Shown: in pieces, positions 9,633 through 19,533 of the stretch
Layout: each line of letters opens with the position of its first letter
How positions within the stretch are numbered: position 1 is the stretch's first letter
NCBI GenBank assembly: GCA_965205015.1
Contig: OZ242029.1
Span: forward strand, 768,001-832,000
Direction: 5' to 3'
DNA from: Candidatus Poribacteria bacterium
GTDB lineage: Bacteria > Poribacteria > WGA-4E > WGA-3G
DNA: 64,000 bases
Notes under the pieces: model-generated
The model's input: the letters and a program-made list of their open reading frames with translations, nothing else
Database searches by the model: none
What the model was told of the DNA's origin: nothing
Translations under genes and position numbers: made by a program

Positions 9633-11930
9633 TTAGTGTCCATTGCTTCTCAACGCTTGGACAACCTTCTCCGGTTTGATCGGCAATTCGGTAACCCGCA
9701 CACCGATAGCATCTTTGACAGCGTTCGCCATCGTTGCCAATGTTGGCGTGATAGGCGGTTCACCCACACCTTTGGCACCGTAAGGACCGTTGGGGGCAGG
9801 CACTTCAACAATGACAGACTCGACCGTTGGGAGATCCGCCGAGGTTGGAACGCGGTAATCGACAAAGCCCGGATTGACGTTCCCGTTTTCGCCGTACTGC
9901 ATCTCCTCCATCATTGCCCAGGCATAACCTTGCACTGTACCACCTTCGATCTGCCCTTCAACTGCCATCGGGTTGATAGCATAGCCGACATCTTGCGAAG
10001 CGATCAGTTTGAGGACTCTCGTTCTACCTGTGCCTGGATCCACTTCGACTTTCGCAATCTGCGCTGCGAGTGCCGGTGTGCTGGGTTGTCGGGCAAAGGA
10101 CCCTTTTCCAACGATAGGACCACCGGTTGTAGACAGGCTGTAAGCTGCAAGTTCACCCAACGAAATGGATTTCGGCGGATCTGCGGAAATAACATGGACC
10201 CCTCCATCTTTGAGTTCGAGGTTGTCCACATTCATATTGAGACGCTCCGAGGCGAGCTCAAGAATCCGGCGGTGTGCATCTTCAGCCGCCAATTTTGCGG
10301 TGTTGCCCATCGTGAAGGTAACAACACTGCCACCTGAACCGGTAGAGTACGGGGCAGAATCCGTATCGCCACGTCGAATTGTGACGCTTTCATACGGCAC
10401 TGTCAGGATTTCGGCAATAATCTGCGAAATCGCGGTATCCGTTCCAGTGATGTCCATAGATCCATGGAAGATACGGGCACTCCCGTCTTCATGGACAGAA
10501 ACATAAACACCCCCCGGTCCACAACCGTTTGTCCAATCACCAACAGCGACACCCCATCCTTGGTTCTCACCCGCTTCCCGATCCCACCATCCGGCGGCAT
10601 CCGCAACGGCTTCCAAAGTCTCTTTGTAACCGACTTTGGGTTCCGCAGCACCTGCGGGGACGGGGTCCCCTTCTTCGCGCATGTTCATCAGGCGGAATTT
10701 AACCGGATCCATGCCGATACGTTCAGCAATTTCGTCGAGTTGGGATTCACCGGCGAAAATCGCTTGCGGGGCACCGGGTGCCCTATAAGCGGCAGTCCCA
10801 GATTTATTGGTGTGAACACCATAAGCGTCTACCTTGAGATTCGGAATTTTGTAGACACCGCGGACCCGAATCGTGCTGCCGATCGATGCGCCAGAGACGG
10901 AACCGGAATCCCAAAAAGCGAGCGCTTCCCGCGCAAGGATGTGCCCCTCGTTCGTAGCACCCGTCTTGATTTTAATAACACATCCGGGTGCCGGTCTACC
11001 ATCAATAAATTCCTCTTCACGCGTCATTTGAACCCGGACGGGACGTCCCGTTTTCTGCGAAAGCAGCACGGCAGGCACGTGCGTAATAATAACACCAAAA
11101 CGTCCACCAAAACCACCGCCCATTGTTGTGCCGATGACATTAATTTGCGTCAACGGAATCCCGAGCGTCCCAGCGATACCCGAACGGATAGCGAACGGAC
11201 CTTGCGTGGATGCCCAAACCGTGATTTTGCCGGAGGAGTCTGCGCTGGCGACAGAAACGTGCGGTTCCATGTAAGTCTGGTGGACCCGTGGAATCACATA
11301 GGTATCTTCAACAACGACATCAGATTCAGCAAATCCTTTTTCAACGTCTCCCGCATCGGAGTGGCTTTCGGCAGAGATGTTATAGTAAACTTCATCAGGG
11401 TATTCCTCTAAGGCTGCCTCAAGTTTGCTGATTTCGTCGCTGTGATCGTTCTCCTTATCACGAGAGAGTCTCCGGATCCGTGTGCTGATCTCCCGCCGAT
11501 TGGGACCATCCTTTGTTGCATCACCGTGCAAGCGTGGTGCTGACGGTTTAATCGCTTCCATAACATCTTGCACAACCGGCAGCACTTCGTATTCAATCTT
11601 AACGAGTTCAGCGGCTTCCTCGGCAATATCGGGATCGGTTGCCGCAACAGCAGCAAGCGGTTCGCCTAAGTAAAGCACTTTGTCCGTCGCAAAAACCCTT
11701 CTGCCGCTCGGCACATCGTCCTGCGTAATAATCGCCCTGACACCGGGAAGTTTTTCGGCTTCGCTGGTGTCAATGCTGAGTATATTGGCGTGGGCTTGTT
11801 TACTGCGGACGATTTTGCCATAAAGCATACCGGGTGGATGAACATCTGCCCCGTATTGCGCGGCACCGGTTACTTTTTCAACAGCATCAACGCGTGCAAC
11901 CTTTTGTCCGACGACAGTATATTCTGACAT
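9633..11930 (-). CDS. Xanthine dehydrogenase/CoxL-like molybdopterin-binding subunit
   Basis: YMEPH, MGGGFGGR, AYRAPG, GQIEGG and GAKGVGEP motifs. Confidence 0.92.
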   Translation of the reverse strand: MSEYTVVGQKVARVDAVEKVTGAAQYGADVHPPGMLYGKIVRSKQAHANILSIDTSEAEKLPGVRAIITQDDVPSGRRVFATDKVLYLGEPLAAVAATDPDIAEEAAELVKIEYEVLPVVQDVMEAIKPSAPRLHGDATKDGPNRREISTRIRRLSRDKENDHSDEISKLEAALEEYPDEVYYNISAESHSDAGDVEKGFAESDVVVEDTYVIPRVHQTYMEPHVSVASADSSGKITVWASTQGPFAIRSGIAGTLGIPLTQINVIGTTMGGGFGGRFGVIITHVPAVLLSQKTGRPVRVQMTREEEFIDGRPAPGCVIKIKTGATNEGHILAREALAFWDSGSVSGASIGSTIRVRGVYKIPNLKVDAYGVHTNKSGTAAYRAPGAPQAIFAGESQLDEIAERIGMDPVKFRLMNMREEGDPVPAGAAEPKVGYKETLEAVADAAGWWDREAGENQGWGVAVGDWTNGCGPGGVYVSVHEDGSARIFHGSMDITGTDTAISQIIAEILTVPYESVTIRRGDTDSAPYSTGSGGSVVTFTMGNTAKLAAEDAHRRILELASERLNMNVDNLELKDGGVHVISADPPKSISLGELAAYSLSTTGGPIVGKGSFARQPSTPALAAQIAKVEVDPGTGRTRVLKLIASQDVGYAINPMAVEGQIEGGTVQGYAWAMMEEMQYGENGNVNPGFVDYRVPTSADLPTVESVIVEVPAPNGPYGAKGVGEPPITPTLATMANAVKDAIGVRVTELPIKPEKVVQALRSNGH

Positions 11931-12053
11931 TTAATTCTCCTTTTTTTATGGCTGTCGGCTGTCAGCATTTGAAGGGAAGATTAGAAGGGTGGAAGAGTGG
12001 GTCCCCATCCTTCCCTTCTTCCAACCGTCCAGTCCCTTGCTGACCGCTGATAA

Positions 12054-12287
12054 CTATGATACGTTTGCAATGAGTTGCTGGAGTTTACCGCGTCCGATAG
12101 CAGTATTGCATCTTTTACAGACTTTCACGGTATCCTCTCCGACCTCTCGATCATAAAGGACTTTCACGCCGGTCCGTCCACAAGTCGGACAGGTTCCACG
12201 ACCATTATTATATTCGCCGTTGTGTACGTTCCCGTTTGGATCCACGTAAAGGTGCCTTATGCCTGTTCCACGATGAGTCTTTGCCAT
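12054..12287 (-). CDS. Small basic zinc-ribbon protein (CxxC...CxxC)
   Basis: 77 aa; CPTC and CKRC; AGGAG SD; co-oriented between the 2Fe-2S and Mo subunit genes. Confidence 0.75.
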   Translation of the reverse strand: MAKTHRGTGIRHLYVDPNGNVHNGEYNNGRGTCPTCGRTGVKVLYDREVGEDTVKVCKRCNTAIGRGKLQQLIANVS

Positions 12288-12412
12288 GTTTGCTCCTATT
12301 AATTGGGTTCCCAGTTTTCGGTTCTCGGTCTTCGGTTAGAGAGAGGCTTTTTGGCAGACAAGGCGTTTGTAACTGCTACACGTCTTAACCGACAACTGAC
12401 AACTGATAACTT

Positions 12413-12892
12413 TTATGCCGATGTTTGGACCTCTTCCGCTGCTTTCAGGACTGCTTCAAGAATCTTTGTGTATCCGGTGCAACGGCAGATATTCCCGCCG
12501 AGTGCATGCCTGAATTCTTCTTCGGTCCTCTCCGGATTTTCGTCTAAAAGTGCCTTCGCTGCCATGATGAAACCTGGGGTACAGAAACCACACTGATAGC
12601 CGCCTGTGTTAATAAACGCCTGTTGGACAGGATGAAGTTCACCGTCGCTGGCTAAACCTTCAATGGTGGTAATCTCTTTTTCAGAAGCGGTGACACCAAG
12701 CACCATGCAGGATGTAACGGCTTTGCCATCAACAATAACAGTGCAAGCACCGCAGTCGCCTGTACTACATCCCTCTTTGGTTCCCGTCAAACCGATCGTA
12801 TCGCGAAGTACTGCTAACAGGGTTTTGCGCGGTTCAATGAGTAAATCGTAGTCGTCCCCGTTTACCTTTAGACTGACAGGGTGTTTTTCCAT
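12413..12892 (-). CDS. (2Fe-2S)-binding CoxS-like subunit
   Basis: GCSTGDCGAC, QCGFCTPG and GNICRCTGY motifs. Confidence 0.95.
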   Translation of the reverse strand: MEKHPVSLKVNGDDYDLLIEPRKTLLAVLRDTIGLTGTKEGCSTGDCGACTVIVDGKAVTSCMVLGVTASEKEITTIEGLASDGELHPVQQAFINTGGYQCGFCTPGFIMAAKALLDENPERTEEEFRHALGGNICRCTGYTKILEAVLKAAEEVQTSA

Positions 12893-12934
12893 ATTTTTGC
12901 TCCTTTTTTAATTTTACCTTGCGGTTAATAGGAT

Positions 12935-13780
12935 TTATGCCCGCGCGACTGCCTCTTGTAAGGTTCGTCTCGTAAGAACATCGACCATTTCTTTGCGATG
13001 TTCCGCGGAGCATCGTAAATCCGATATCGGACTGGCGGCGGCTGCCGCGGCTTCACCGGCTTGTTGCAGAAGTTCCGCTGTCAGCTCGTTTCCTCTTAAA
13101 AGATTCTCTGCCTCCGTTGCACGAATCGGCGTAGGGGCAACGGCTGCGAGTCCGATTCGAGCATCCGTGATGGTTCCATTGTCGAGATTGACGGCAGTAG
13201 CGACACCAATGAACGCCAGATCCATCACTTCACGGATTTTATGCTTAACATAGTGGGAACCAGACGCTGGGCTCGGTAAACGAAAGCGTGTGATAATCTC
13301 ACCCGGTGCTAAGACGGTCTGTCCAGGTCCCGTGAAAAGCTCGTCAATTGGTACAGTTCGCTCGCCATCCGCACTTGCGATGTCCACCTGCGCATCAGCA
13401 ACAAGTAAACCGGCGACCGTATCCGCAGCCGGGGAAGCGTGTGCTATATTTCCACCGATGGTTGCGAGGTTACGAATTTGGATGGAACCGATTTCCGAAG
13501 CACCTTCTGCCAAGGCAGTGTGGTGATTCAGAATATCCGATGATAATTCGACTTGGCGCACCTTCGTCATCGCACCGATGCTAATGCCGTCGCCCTCTGT
13601 CGTAATGCCCTCCAATCCCGGAATTTTCTGCAAACTAATTACGGACTGCGGCGTTTCGATGAGTGCCTTCATACCGATAACGAGGTCTGTTCCGCCTGCC
13701 AGGAGCTGCGCGTGCTCCTGAGCGAAGAGTCGAGATGCCTCCGCGAGGGTGGTCGGTTCAAAAAACTCAAAACCTTTCAA
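12935..13780 (-). CDS. FAD-binding CoxM-like subunit
   Basis: AGGTDL and IRNLATIGGN...ASPAAD motifs; TTG start with GGAGG SD. Confidence 0.93.
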   Translation of the reverse strand: MKGFEFFEPTTLAEASRLFAQEHAQLLAGGTDLVIGMKALIETPQSVISLQKIPGLEGITTEGDGISIGAMTKVRQVELSSDILNHHTALAEGASEIGSIQIRNLATIGGNIAHASPAADTVAGLLVADAQVDIASADGERTVPIDELFTGPGQTVLAPGEIITRFRLPSPASGSHYVKHKIREVMDLAFIGVATAVNLDNGTITDARIGLAAVAPTPIRATEAENLLRGNELTAELLQQAGEAAAAAASPISDLRCSAEHRKEMVDVLTRRTLQEAVARA

Positions 13781-14020
13781 ATTTAATCCTCCGTGTTATG
13801 TTCCTTCAAGCAAATTTTTAATTTATTGATCCTGGGCTGCGTTCCGCTACAAAAATGCCGCCCTGCTGGGACTGAATCGGTGCTGGACACCTTTTGTTAT
13901 GCGTTTCACGCAGATTTCTGGTAATCCCATACAGCATACTGCAACAGCACACCCGATACCCCTTTAAAGAATACCCGATTGCGGGGTAATTTGTCAACTT
14001 TAAATTCGCTGAACAGTCCG

Positions 14021-15265
14021 TTATGGAAGGTGCCAACCCGGTATCGGTTCCGCGCGGAGTCCTTCCAACTCATAAAGTTCCTCTACGCTGACTTCACGAC
14101 CGAGTTTCGCTGACAAGAGGGCACCGCTCATAATCTCTGTAACCTTAAGACCGACATCTCCATTACTGACAGGTTGGGCATCACTGTTACAGGCATCAAG
14201 GAAATCACGGAACTTATCGGGGAAAGACCTATCTGGCAGTTCCAACGGTGTTTCGACAAGATCGCCTTGATAGCGTCTGCGATTGCCCTGATCATCGGTA
14301 TCCCACTCACCGTTTTCAAGGAAGAGTTTGTCGTTGCTAAACGAACCTTTGGATCCAAAAATGAAGATGCCCTGCGGTTGCCCTGCCATATTGCTCGACC
14401 AACCGTTTTCATACGTGAACGACATCCCGTTGGTAAACCGGACAAACACCGATGCGTGCTCCTCAACATCATTGATTTCTTCGCCTGTGTATTCGGGAAG
14501 CATCCCACGATAAGCAATGCCACTAATTGTAGCGGGTTGTGGTGAACCGAGAAGATAGAGAGAACGATTGATAAGGTAGACGCCTGTGTCATATATCGTG
14601 CCGCCACCGCTGTAAACGGAATGGAGGAACCATCTACCGTAACCGAACATATCCACATTCGGTCTGCCACGTACACGGTAACTGGTGAGTCTGCCGTAAT
14701 AGACATCACCGAGTTTCCCAGAGGTGATATAGTCTCGAATGGCGTAACTTGTCGGATCCAGGCATGTGCCGCCGCTTTGGTATGCGAGCTTAACGCCAGC
14801 GGCTTCACAGGCATCCCGCATATTTCTCGCCTCTGTTGCTGTGCGCGCCATCGGTTTTTCGCAGAAGACGTGCTTTCCAGCCTGCGCCGCTGCGACTGTA
14901 GCGGGTTCATGGACAAATGGCGGTAGGGCAAGGCTGACGGCGTCTACATCACACTCCGTCAACATTTCGTCGTAGTCGCTAAAGATTTTGACGCCATTGT
15001 CGCTATATTCTGACCAGCGCGCGGCGTCCGCCTTCGATTGCTCGCGTGCTTCCGCCGTATCTGCGTTTTCTGCTGCTTCAGTTGCAGCTTCCGCGCGCGA
15101 GGCTGCCCCGGAAAGGACTTCCGCATGTCGCCGCTTTACATTCGCTTCTACCGTATCGCAAACAGCAACGATTTCGGCGTGCTGTGGATGGTCAAGATAC
15201 CCGTTGACATGCGAACCGGATACCATGCCGCATCCAATAATCCCGATTTTAATCCGTTTTGACAT
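14021..15265 (-). CDS. Gfo/Idh/MocA family oxidoreductase
   Basis: IGIIGCG Rossmann motif and GKHVFCEKP; AAGGAG SD before MSKRIK. Confidence 0.9.
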   Translation of the reverse strand: MSKRIKIGIIGCGMVSGSHVNGYLDHPQHAEIVAVCDTVEANVKRRHAEVLSGAASRAEAATEAAENADTAEAREQSKADAARWSEYSDNGVKIFSDYDEMLTECDVDAVSLALPPFVHEPATVAAAQAGKHVFCEKPMARTATEARNMRDACEAAGVKLAYQSGGTCLDPTSYAIRDYITSGKLGDVYYGRLTSYRVRGRPNVDMFGYGRWFLHSVYSGGGTIYDTGVYLINRSLYLLGSPQPATISGIAYRGMLPEYTGEEINDVEEHASVFVRFTNGMSFTYENGWSSNMAGQPQGIFIFGSKGSFSNDKLFLENGEWDTDDQGNRRRYQGDLVETPLELPDRSFPDKFRDFLDACNSDAQPVSNGDVGLKVTEIMSGALLSAKLGREVSVEELYELEGLRAEPIPGWHLP

Positions 15266-15351
15266 TATGGCACTCCTTCTCAGGGTAAAATTGCCCAAAG
15301 TTTATGCAATCGGGGTTGAAAACCCCTCCCATGGAGAATTAGACTCCACTT

Positions 15352-16017
15352 CTACAACCGCCCTGACGGCGTATGCCCCGCGCCGACTTTGACGTGGGTA
15401 TCCGCCAACTGCGTTTGCACATGCGCAATGCACTCTTGAAGATTCTGAAACGGGGAACTCGGATAGGATTCGATGCTAAAATTCAGGTCGTTCTCACCAA
15501 AAGTTACCATATCCACACCGGGTTTGGCGAATTTGCTGACGTTAATCACGGCATCCACGGATTCGATCTGTAAGATGAGGATGCCGGTGTTGTTCCACCA
15601 CTCGGCGTACTCAAGACGGTCCATACCGCCCTTGATACCGTAACCACTGCTGGGACCCCAACTCCGTTTTCCCATCTGAGGATAGTAGAAGAAATCAATT
15701 GCTTCGTCCACCGTTTCAACGCTCTCGACCTGTGGTACAACAATAGCACGGGGACCGAGATCCAACAGATTGCCGATGAGATACGCGTTGCGCGTATGTT
15801 TGATACGAAGTTGGACACCAACATCGAATTCGCTCGCCATCGCACAATATTCAACGAGTTTGTCTTCATTTGCGGCGCCATGCTGATGGTCAACACTGAC
15901 TAAATCGTAGTTGCCTTGACCGAGAACCGCTTCCATCTCGTCGCGGGTGCAACCGAACGGGACACCGGATGCGATGTTAATCGCTTCTTTGTTATGGATG
16001 CGTTGTTTTAAAGACAC
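15352..16017 (-). CDS. HpcH/HpaI aldolase family protein
   Basis: VDHQHG, LDLGP..IVVPQV and LQIES..AV motifs; GTG start inferred from AAGGAG SD. Confidence 0.85.
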   Translation of the reverse strand: MSLKQRIHNKEAINIASGVPFGCTRDEMEAVLGQGNYDLVSVDHQHGAANEDKLVEYCAMASEFDVGVQLRIKHTRNAYLIGNLLDLGPRAIVVPQVESVETVDEAIDFFYYPQMGKRSWGPSSGYGIKGGMDRLEYAEWWNNTGILILQIESVDAVINVSKFAKPGVDMVTFGENDLNFSIESYPSSPFQNLQECIAHVQTQLADTHVKVGAGHTPSGRL

Positions 16018-16057
16018 TGGGATGATCTCCTTGGAACTCAACTAAATTGTGATGTCT

Positions 16058-16085
16058 ATTATAGAGGCTTTGAGATTTTTGTCAA
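16058..16085 (-). promoter_or_regulatory. Housekeeping sigma70 promoter for the aldolase/oxidoreductase genes
   Basis: Minus strand TTGACA-N16-TATAAT. Confidence 0.7.
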
Positions 16086-16235
16086 GTCTTTTGAAATCAC
16101 AAATCACTCTAACTTTCCTCAAAGCGATACCAAATTCATAGAAGACCACAAATTCAATGGTTCTGCAAAATGCGAAACCTTGAAAATTTTGCCGAATTCT
16201 GCTAATCTATATTTTTAGAAATAGGAGGAACCTAT

Positions 16236-17333
16236 ATGAGATGCTTACCAACTTATGTGGTATTAGGCACAGTGTTATTGCTAAGTGGATGTTTGCTGTT
16301 CGTAAATGGTTGGGCACACGCCGCGGGAAGCGAATGGCTCTCCTTCACTTCCAACCGAGACGGAATCTTTGATATCTATGTCATGGATATCGATGGCAAG
16401 AACCTCCGCAACGTGACGAACCACCCAGATGACCATTTTGGTCCTTGGGCCACCATATCAGAACCTGCTTACACGTGGTCGCCGGATGGGCGTTTCCTGG
16501 CTTATGTGTCCAAACGAGATCGAGATTGGAGAATCTATGTTATGGACACCAAGACACAGGCGCACTGGAGACTCACAGATCACCGCGAGAGCGAATGGTC
16601 GCCAGCGTGGTCGCCGGATGGAAAATGGATCGCCTTTGTCTCTCATGATAACGAACGTAATTACCAAATCTACAAAACGGATATCAACGGAGCACATCTG
16701 GTCCAGTTGACAGACTTCGGCGGAAATGGTCCCCCCGCTTGGTCTCCCGATGGAAGTCAGATCGCGTTCGTCTCTGACTCCCACAAGAAAGGGGTTAAGA
16801 AGGACGGACTCTATGTAATGAATACCGATGGCAGAAGGTTGAGACAGGTTCTTGATAGGAACAGAGGTAGATTTGGTCCTGAATGTGCGTGGTCTCCTGA
16901 CGGAAAACAGATCGCCTTTAGTCTCGACATCCCTCACCTCCAACGCGAGCACCTCTGCGTGATTGACGTGGATGGCAAAAATTTTCGCCAACTCACCCAA
17001 GGGGGTCCCATAAAACCAATGAAAGTAGAAAAACAGAAACCTGCAAAGGGACAACACCCTCCGCCTCCACCTTTCCTTCGCCTTCCGCATGTTGGTTCCC
17101 CGGCGTGGTCGCCGGATGGCAAGCGAATTGCTTACGTCTTTTCAGATACAATATTGTGGCAAACGGCTGATATCTATATTATAGACGTGGAGGGCAACGG
17201 ACACGGCACATCGCTTGTAACGGGTACGAGGCAAGATCTATCTCCTGCGTGGGTACCAGAGGGATTTCTCTCTGTTTCCCCAAGTGCAGAGAAACAGACA
17301 ACACTCTGGGGCAGGCTTAAGCAAGCCAAGTAG
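16236..17333 (+). CDS. Secreted TolB-like PD40-repeat beta-propeller protein with a TLWGxLK C-terminal tail (copy 1)
   Basis: Signal-peptide-like N-terminus; multiple PAWSPDG repeats; ends SVSPSAEKQTTLWGRLKQAK. Confidence 0.88.
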   Translation: MRCLPTYVVLGTVLLLSGCLLFVNGWAHAAGSEWLSFTSNRDGIFDIYVMDIDGKNLRNVTNHPDDHFGPWATISEPAYTWSPDGRFLAYVSKRDRDWRIYVMDTKTQAHWRLTDHRESEWSPAWSPDGKWIAFVSHDNERNYQIYKTDINGAHLVQLTDFGGNGPPAWSPDGSQIAFVSDSHKKGVKKDGLYVMNTDGRRLRQVLDRNRGRFGPECAWSPDGKQIAFSLDIPHLQREHLCVIDVDGKNFRQLTQGGPIKPMKVEKQKPAKGQHPPPPPFLRLPHVGSPAWSPDGKRIAYVFSDTILWQTADIYIIDVEGNGHGTSLVTGTRQDLSPAWVPEGFLSVSPSAEKQTTLWGRLKQAK

Positions 17334-17362
17334 CTGCCACATTAGAGGACGGATTTGTCCAT

Positions 17363-18475
17363 ATGAAATGCATACGAAATTACGTGGTATTAGGAATGAC
17401 GTTTTTGCTAAGTGGATGTCTGCTGTTCATAGACAACTGGGCAGACGCTGCTAACAGCAAGTGGATCTCCTTCGCTTCCGATCGAACAGGGAACTTTGAT
17501 ATCTATATTACGGACATTGACGGCAAAAACCTCCGCAACTTGACAAACCACCCAGCACGTGAAGTGGAGCCGGCGTGGTCCCCTGATGGACGTTTCTTGG
17601 CTTACGTCTCCAACCGAGATGGAGATTTTAAGATCTATGTCATGGACACAAGGACAGGAGAACACCGACGACTCACAGACCACCATGAGCAAGAATGGGC
17701 ACCGGCGTGGTCGCCGGATGGAAAATGGATCGCCTTTGTTTCCCGTAGCGATGAAATTATTCCACCGGCCAAATTCAAAATAACGAGCCACATCTACAGA
17801 ATAGATGCCAACGGTGCAAATCTGGTGCAGTTGACAGACCAAGGGAAAAACCTCCGACCCGCATGGTCACCCGATAGCAAACAGATTGCGTTCGTGTCTT
17901 ATCATCGGGGTAAAGACAGGAAAGGGCTCTACATAATGGATGCCGATGGGAGAAAGCTGAGACGCGTTAATGACCAACAGGTACAAGCACTTAATGGGAT
18001 ATTTCAAAACGCGTGTGCTTGGTCCCCCGATGGTAAACAGATCGCTTTCAGTATTGTAGTTCCCAAGGATGATCGCATGCACTTGTGTGTGATTGACGCA
18101 GATGGCAAAAATTTTCACCAACTCACCCAAGGGGGTCCCATAGAAAAACCAGCAATAGAAATACAATTAAACCCAGTAATAGCAGGAAAACAACTGCTAC
18201 TGCCCTTTCCACTTCCCCAGATTGGTTCCCCAGCGTGGTCACCCGATGGCAAATGGATTGCCTACACTTTTTCAGATACAATAGCCTGGCAAACCGCTGA
18301 CATCTATATTATAGACGCCGAGGGCAACGGACGCGGAACGCCGCTTGTAAAGGATGCGGGACGAAATTTATTTCCTGCGTGGGTGCCGGAGGGATTTCTC
18401 TCTATATCACCAAGTGTGGAGAAGCAAACAACGCTTTGGGGGAAACTCAAGCAAATGGAAGGCACTTCCAAGTAG
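17363..18475 (+). CDS. Secreted TolB-like PD40-repeat protein (copy 2)
   Basis: Paralog of copy 1; ends SISPSVEKQTTLWGKLKQ. Confidence 0.88.
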   Translation: MKCIRNYVVLGMTFLLSGCLLFIDNWADAANSKWISFASDRTGNFDIYITDIDGKNLRNLTNHPAREVEPAWSPDGRFLAYVSNRDGDFKIYVMDTRTGEHRRLTDHHEQEWAPAWSPDGKWIAFVSRSDEIIPPAKFKITSHIYRIDANGANLVQLTDQGKNLRPAWSPDSKQIAFVSYHRGKDRKGLYIMDADGRKLRRVNDQQVQALNGIFQNACAWSPDGKQIAFSIVVPKDDRMHLCVIDADGKNFHQLTQGGPIEKPAIEIQLNPVIAGKQLLLPFPLPQIGSPAWSPDGKWIAYTFSDTIAWQTADIYIIDAEGNGRGTPLVKDAGRNLFPAWVPEGFLSISPSVEKQTTLWGKLKQMEGTSK

Positions 18476-18504
18476 ATGCCATATTATAGAAAGGATATGT
18501 TGAC

Positions 18505-19515
18505 ATGAAACGCATACGAACTTACGTGGTGTTAGGAATGACATTGTTGCTGTCTGTCAGTAACGGATGGACGATTGAGAGGGAGATCCTTTCTTTTCTC
18601 CCCAGAAAAGGCGGAGACCGTTCTATCTATCTCGTAAACACCGGTGGACAGCTCCTTGAAACGCCACGATTGATAGTAGGTCCGGGACGTATAGGTACTT
18701 TCAGCTGGTCTCCCAATGGACGCTCAGTTACCTACGGCTCTAATCAGGATGGAGACCCTGATATTTATGTGGCGGATGTAAGAACAAATACACAACGTCA
18801 ATTGACCTTTGACGGTAACAGAGATATTTGGCCCGCGTGGTCCCCGAATGGGAAATGGATTGCGTTCATCTCAGACCGTGTCGGGGAGATGGCTATTTAT
18901 AGAATGGACGCCGATGGCGAAAATTTGATGCGACTGACGAATCAAGGGCACTGCAGCAGACCGGTTTGGTCGCCAGATAGTCAACGGATCGCCTTCACTT
19001 CAAACAAAGTAGATAATAATTCCCTTTATGTGATGACCGCTGCGGGTAGAGGGGTAAGGCACCTCGCGAAGGCATCTTCTGGTGGATGCACATGGTCACC
19101 CGACGGTAAAGAGATTGCTTTTATTGCTCCGGGAGATGTCCGTGGAAGTGTCGCTCTTTTCAGTATTAACGTTGACAGAAAAAAACAGCGCCAACTTACC
19201 CAATTGTATAAAGATTTCACACGCATCTCCCAACCTGCGTGGTCCCCGAGCGGGAAATGGATTGCCTATACTTTGACAGAATTGCCGATAGATTTGCTCA
19301 GACAGGGGCCGGTTCCAGTGGATGTGGTTTTTGCGAAGTCGGTCATCCATCTCGCAAATACAGCAAATAATAGGGACGGGAGACCTCTCGAAGAGACAAG
19401 CGGATTGGTGAGTGCGGCTGCTCTTGAGTGGGTGCCGGAGGGGTTTCTCTCTGTATCTCCAAGTGCGGAGAAACTGATGACCCTCTGGGGGGAACTCAAG
19501 CAGAGCGAGAAGTGA
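18505..19515 (+). CDS. Secreted TolB-like PD40-repeat protein (copy 3)
   Basis: WSP(D/N)G repeats; ends SVSPSAEKLMTLWGELKQ. Confidence 0.88.
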   Translation: MKRIRTYVVLGMTLLLSVSNGWTIEREILSFLPRKGGDRSIYLVNTGGQLLETPRLIVGPGRIGTFSWSPNGRSVTYGSNQDGDPDIYVADVRTNTQRQLTFDGNRDIWPAWSPNGKWIAFISDRVGEMAIYRMDADGENLMRLTNQGHCSRPVWSPDSQRIAFTSNKVDNNSLYVMTAAGRGVRHLAKASSGGCTWSPDGKEIAFIAPGDVRGSVALFSINVDRKKQRQLTQLYKDFTRISQPAWSPSGKWIAYTLTELPIDLLRQGPVPVDVVFAKSVIHLANTANNRDGRPLEETSGLVSAAALEWVPEGFLSVSPSAEKLMTLWGELKQSEK

Positions 19516-19533
19516 AAACTGCGGAGAAAATTA

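Noticed and set aside
10464-11411. 315-aa plus-strand ORF and other long antisense ORFs (e.g. 9636..10337, 44056..44784, 16458..17090)
   Set aside because: They are shadows of well-supported genes on the opposite strand, with no recognisable motifs.
9633-13780. Aerobic CO dehydrogenase
   Set aside because: The loop is AYRAPG rather than AYxCSFR, and no coxDEFG accessory genes are present.
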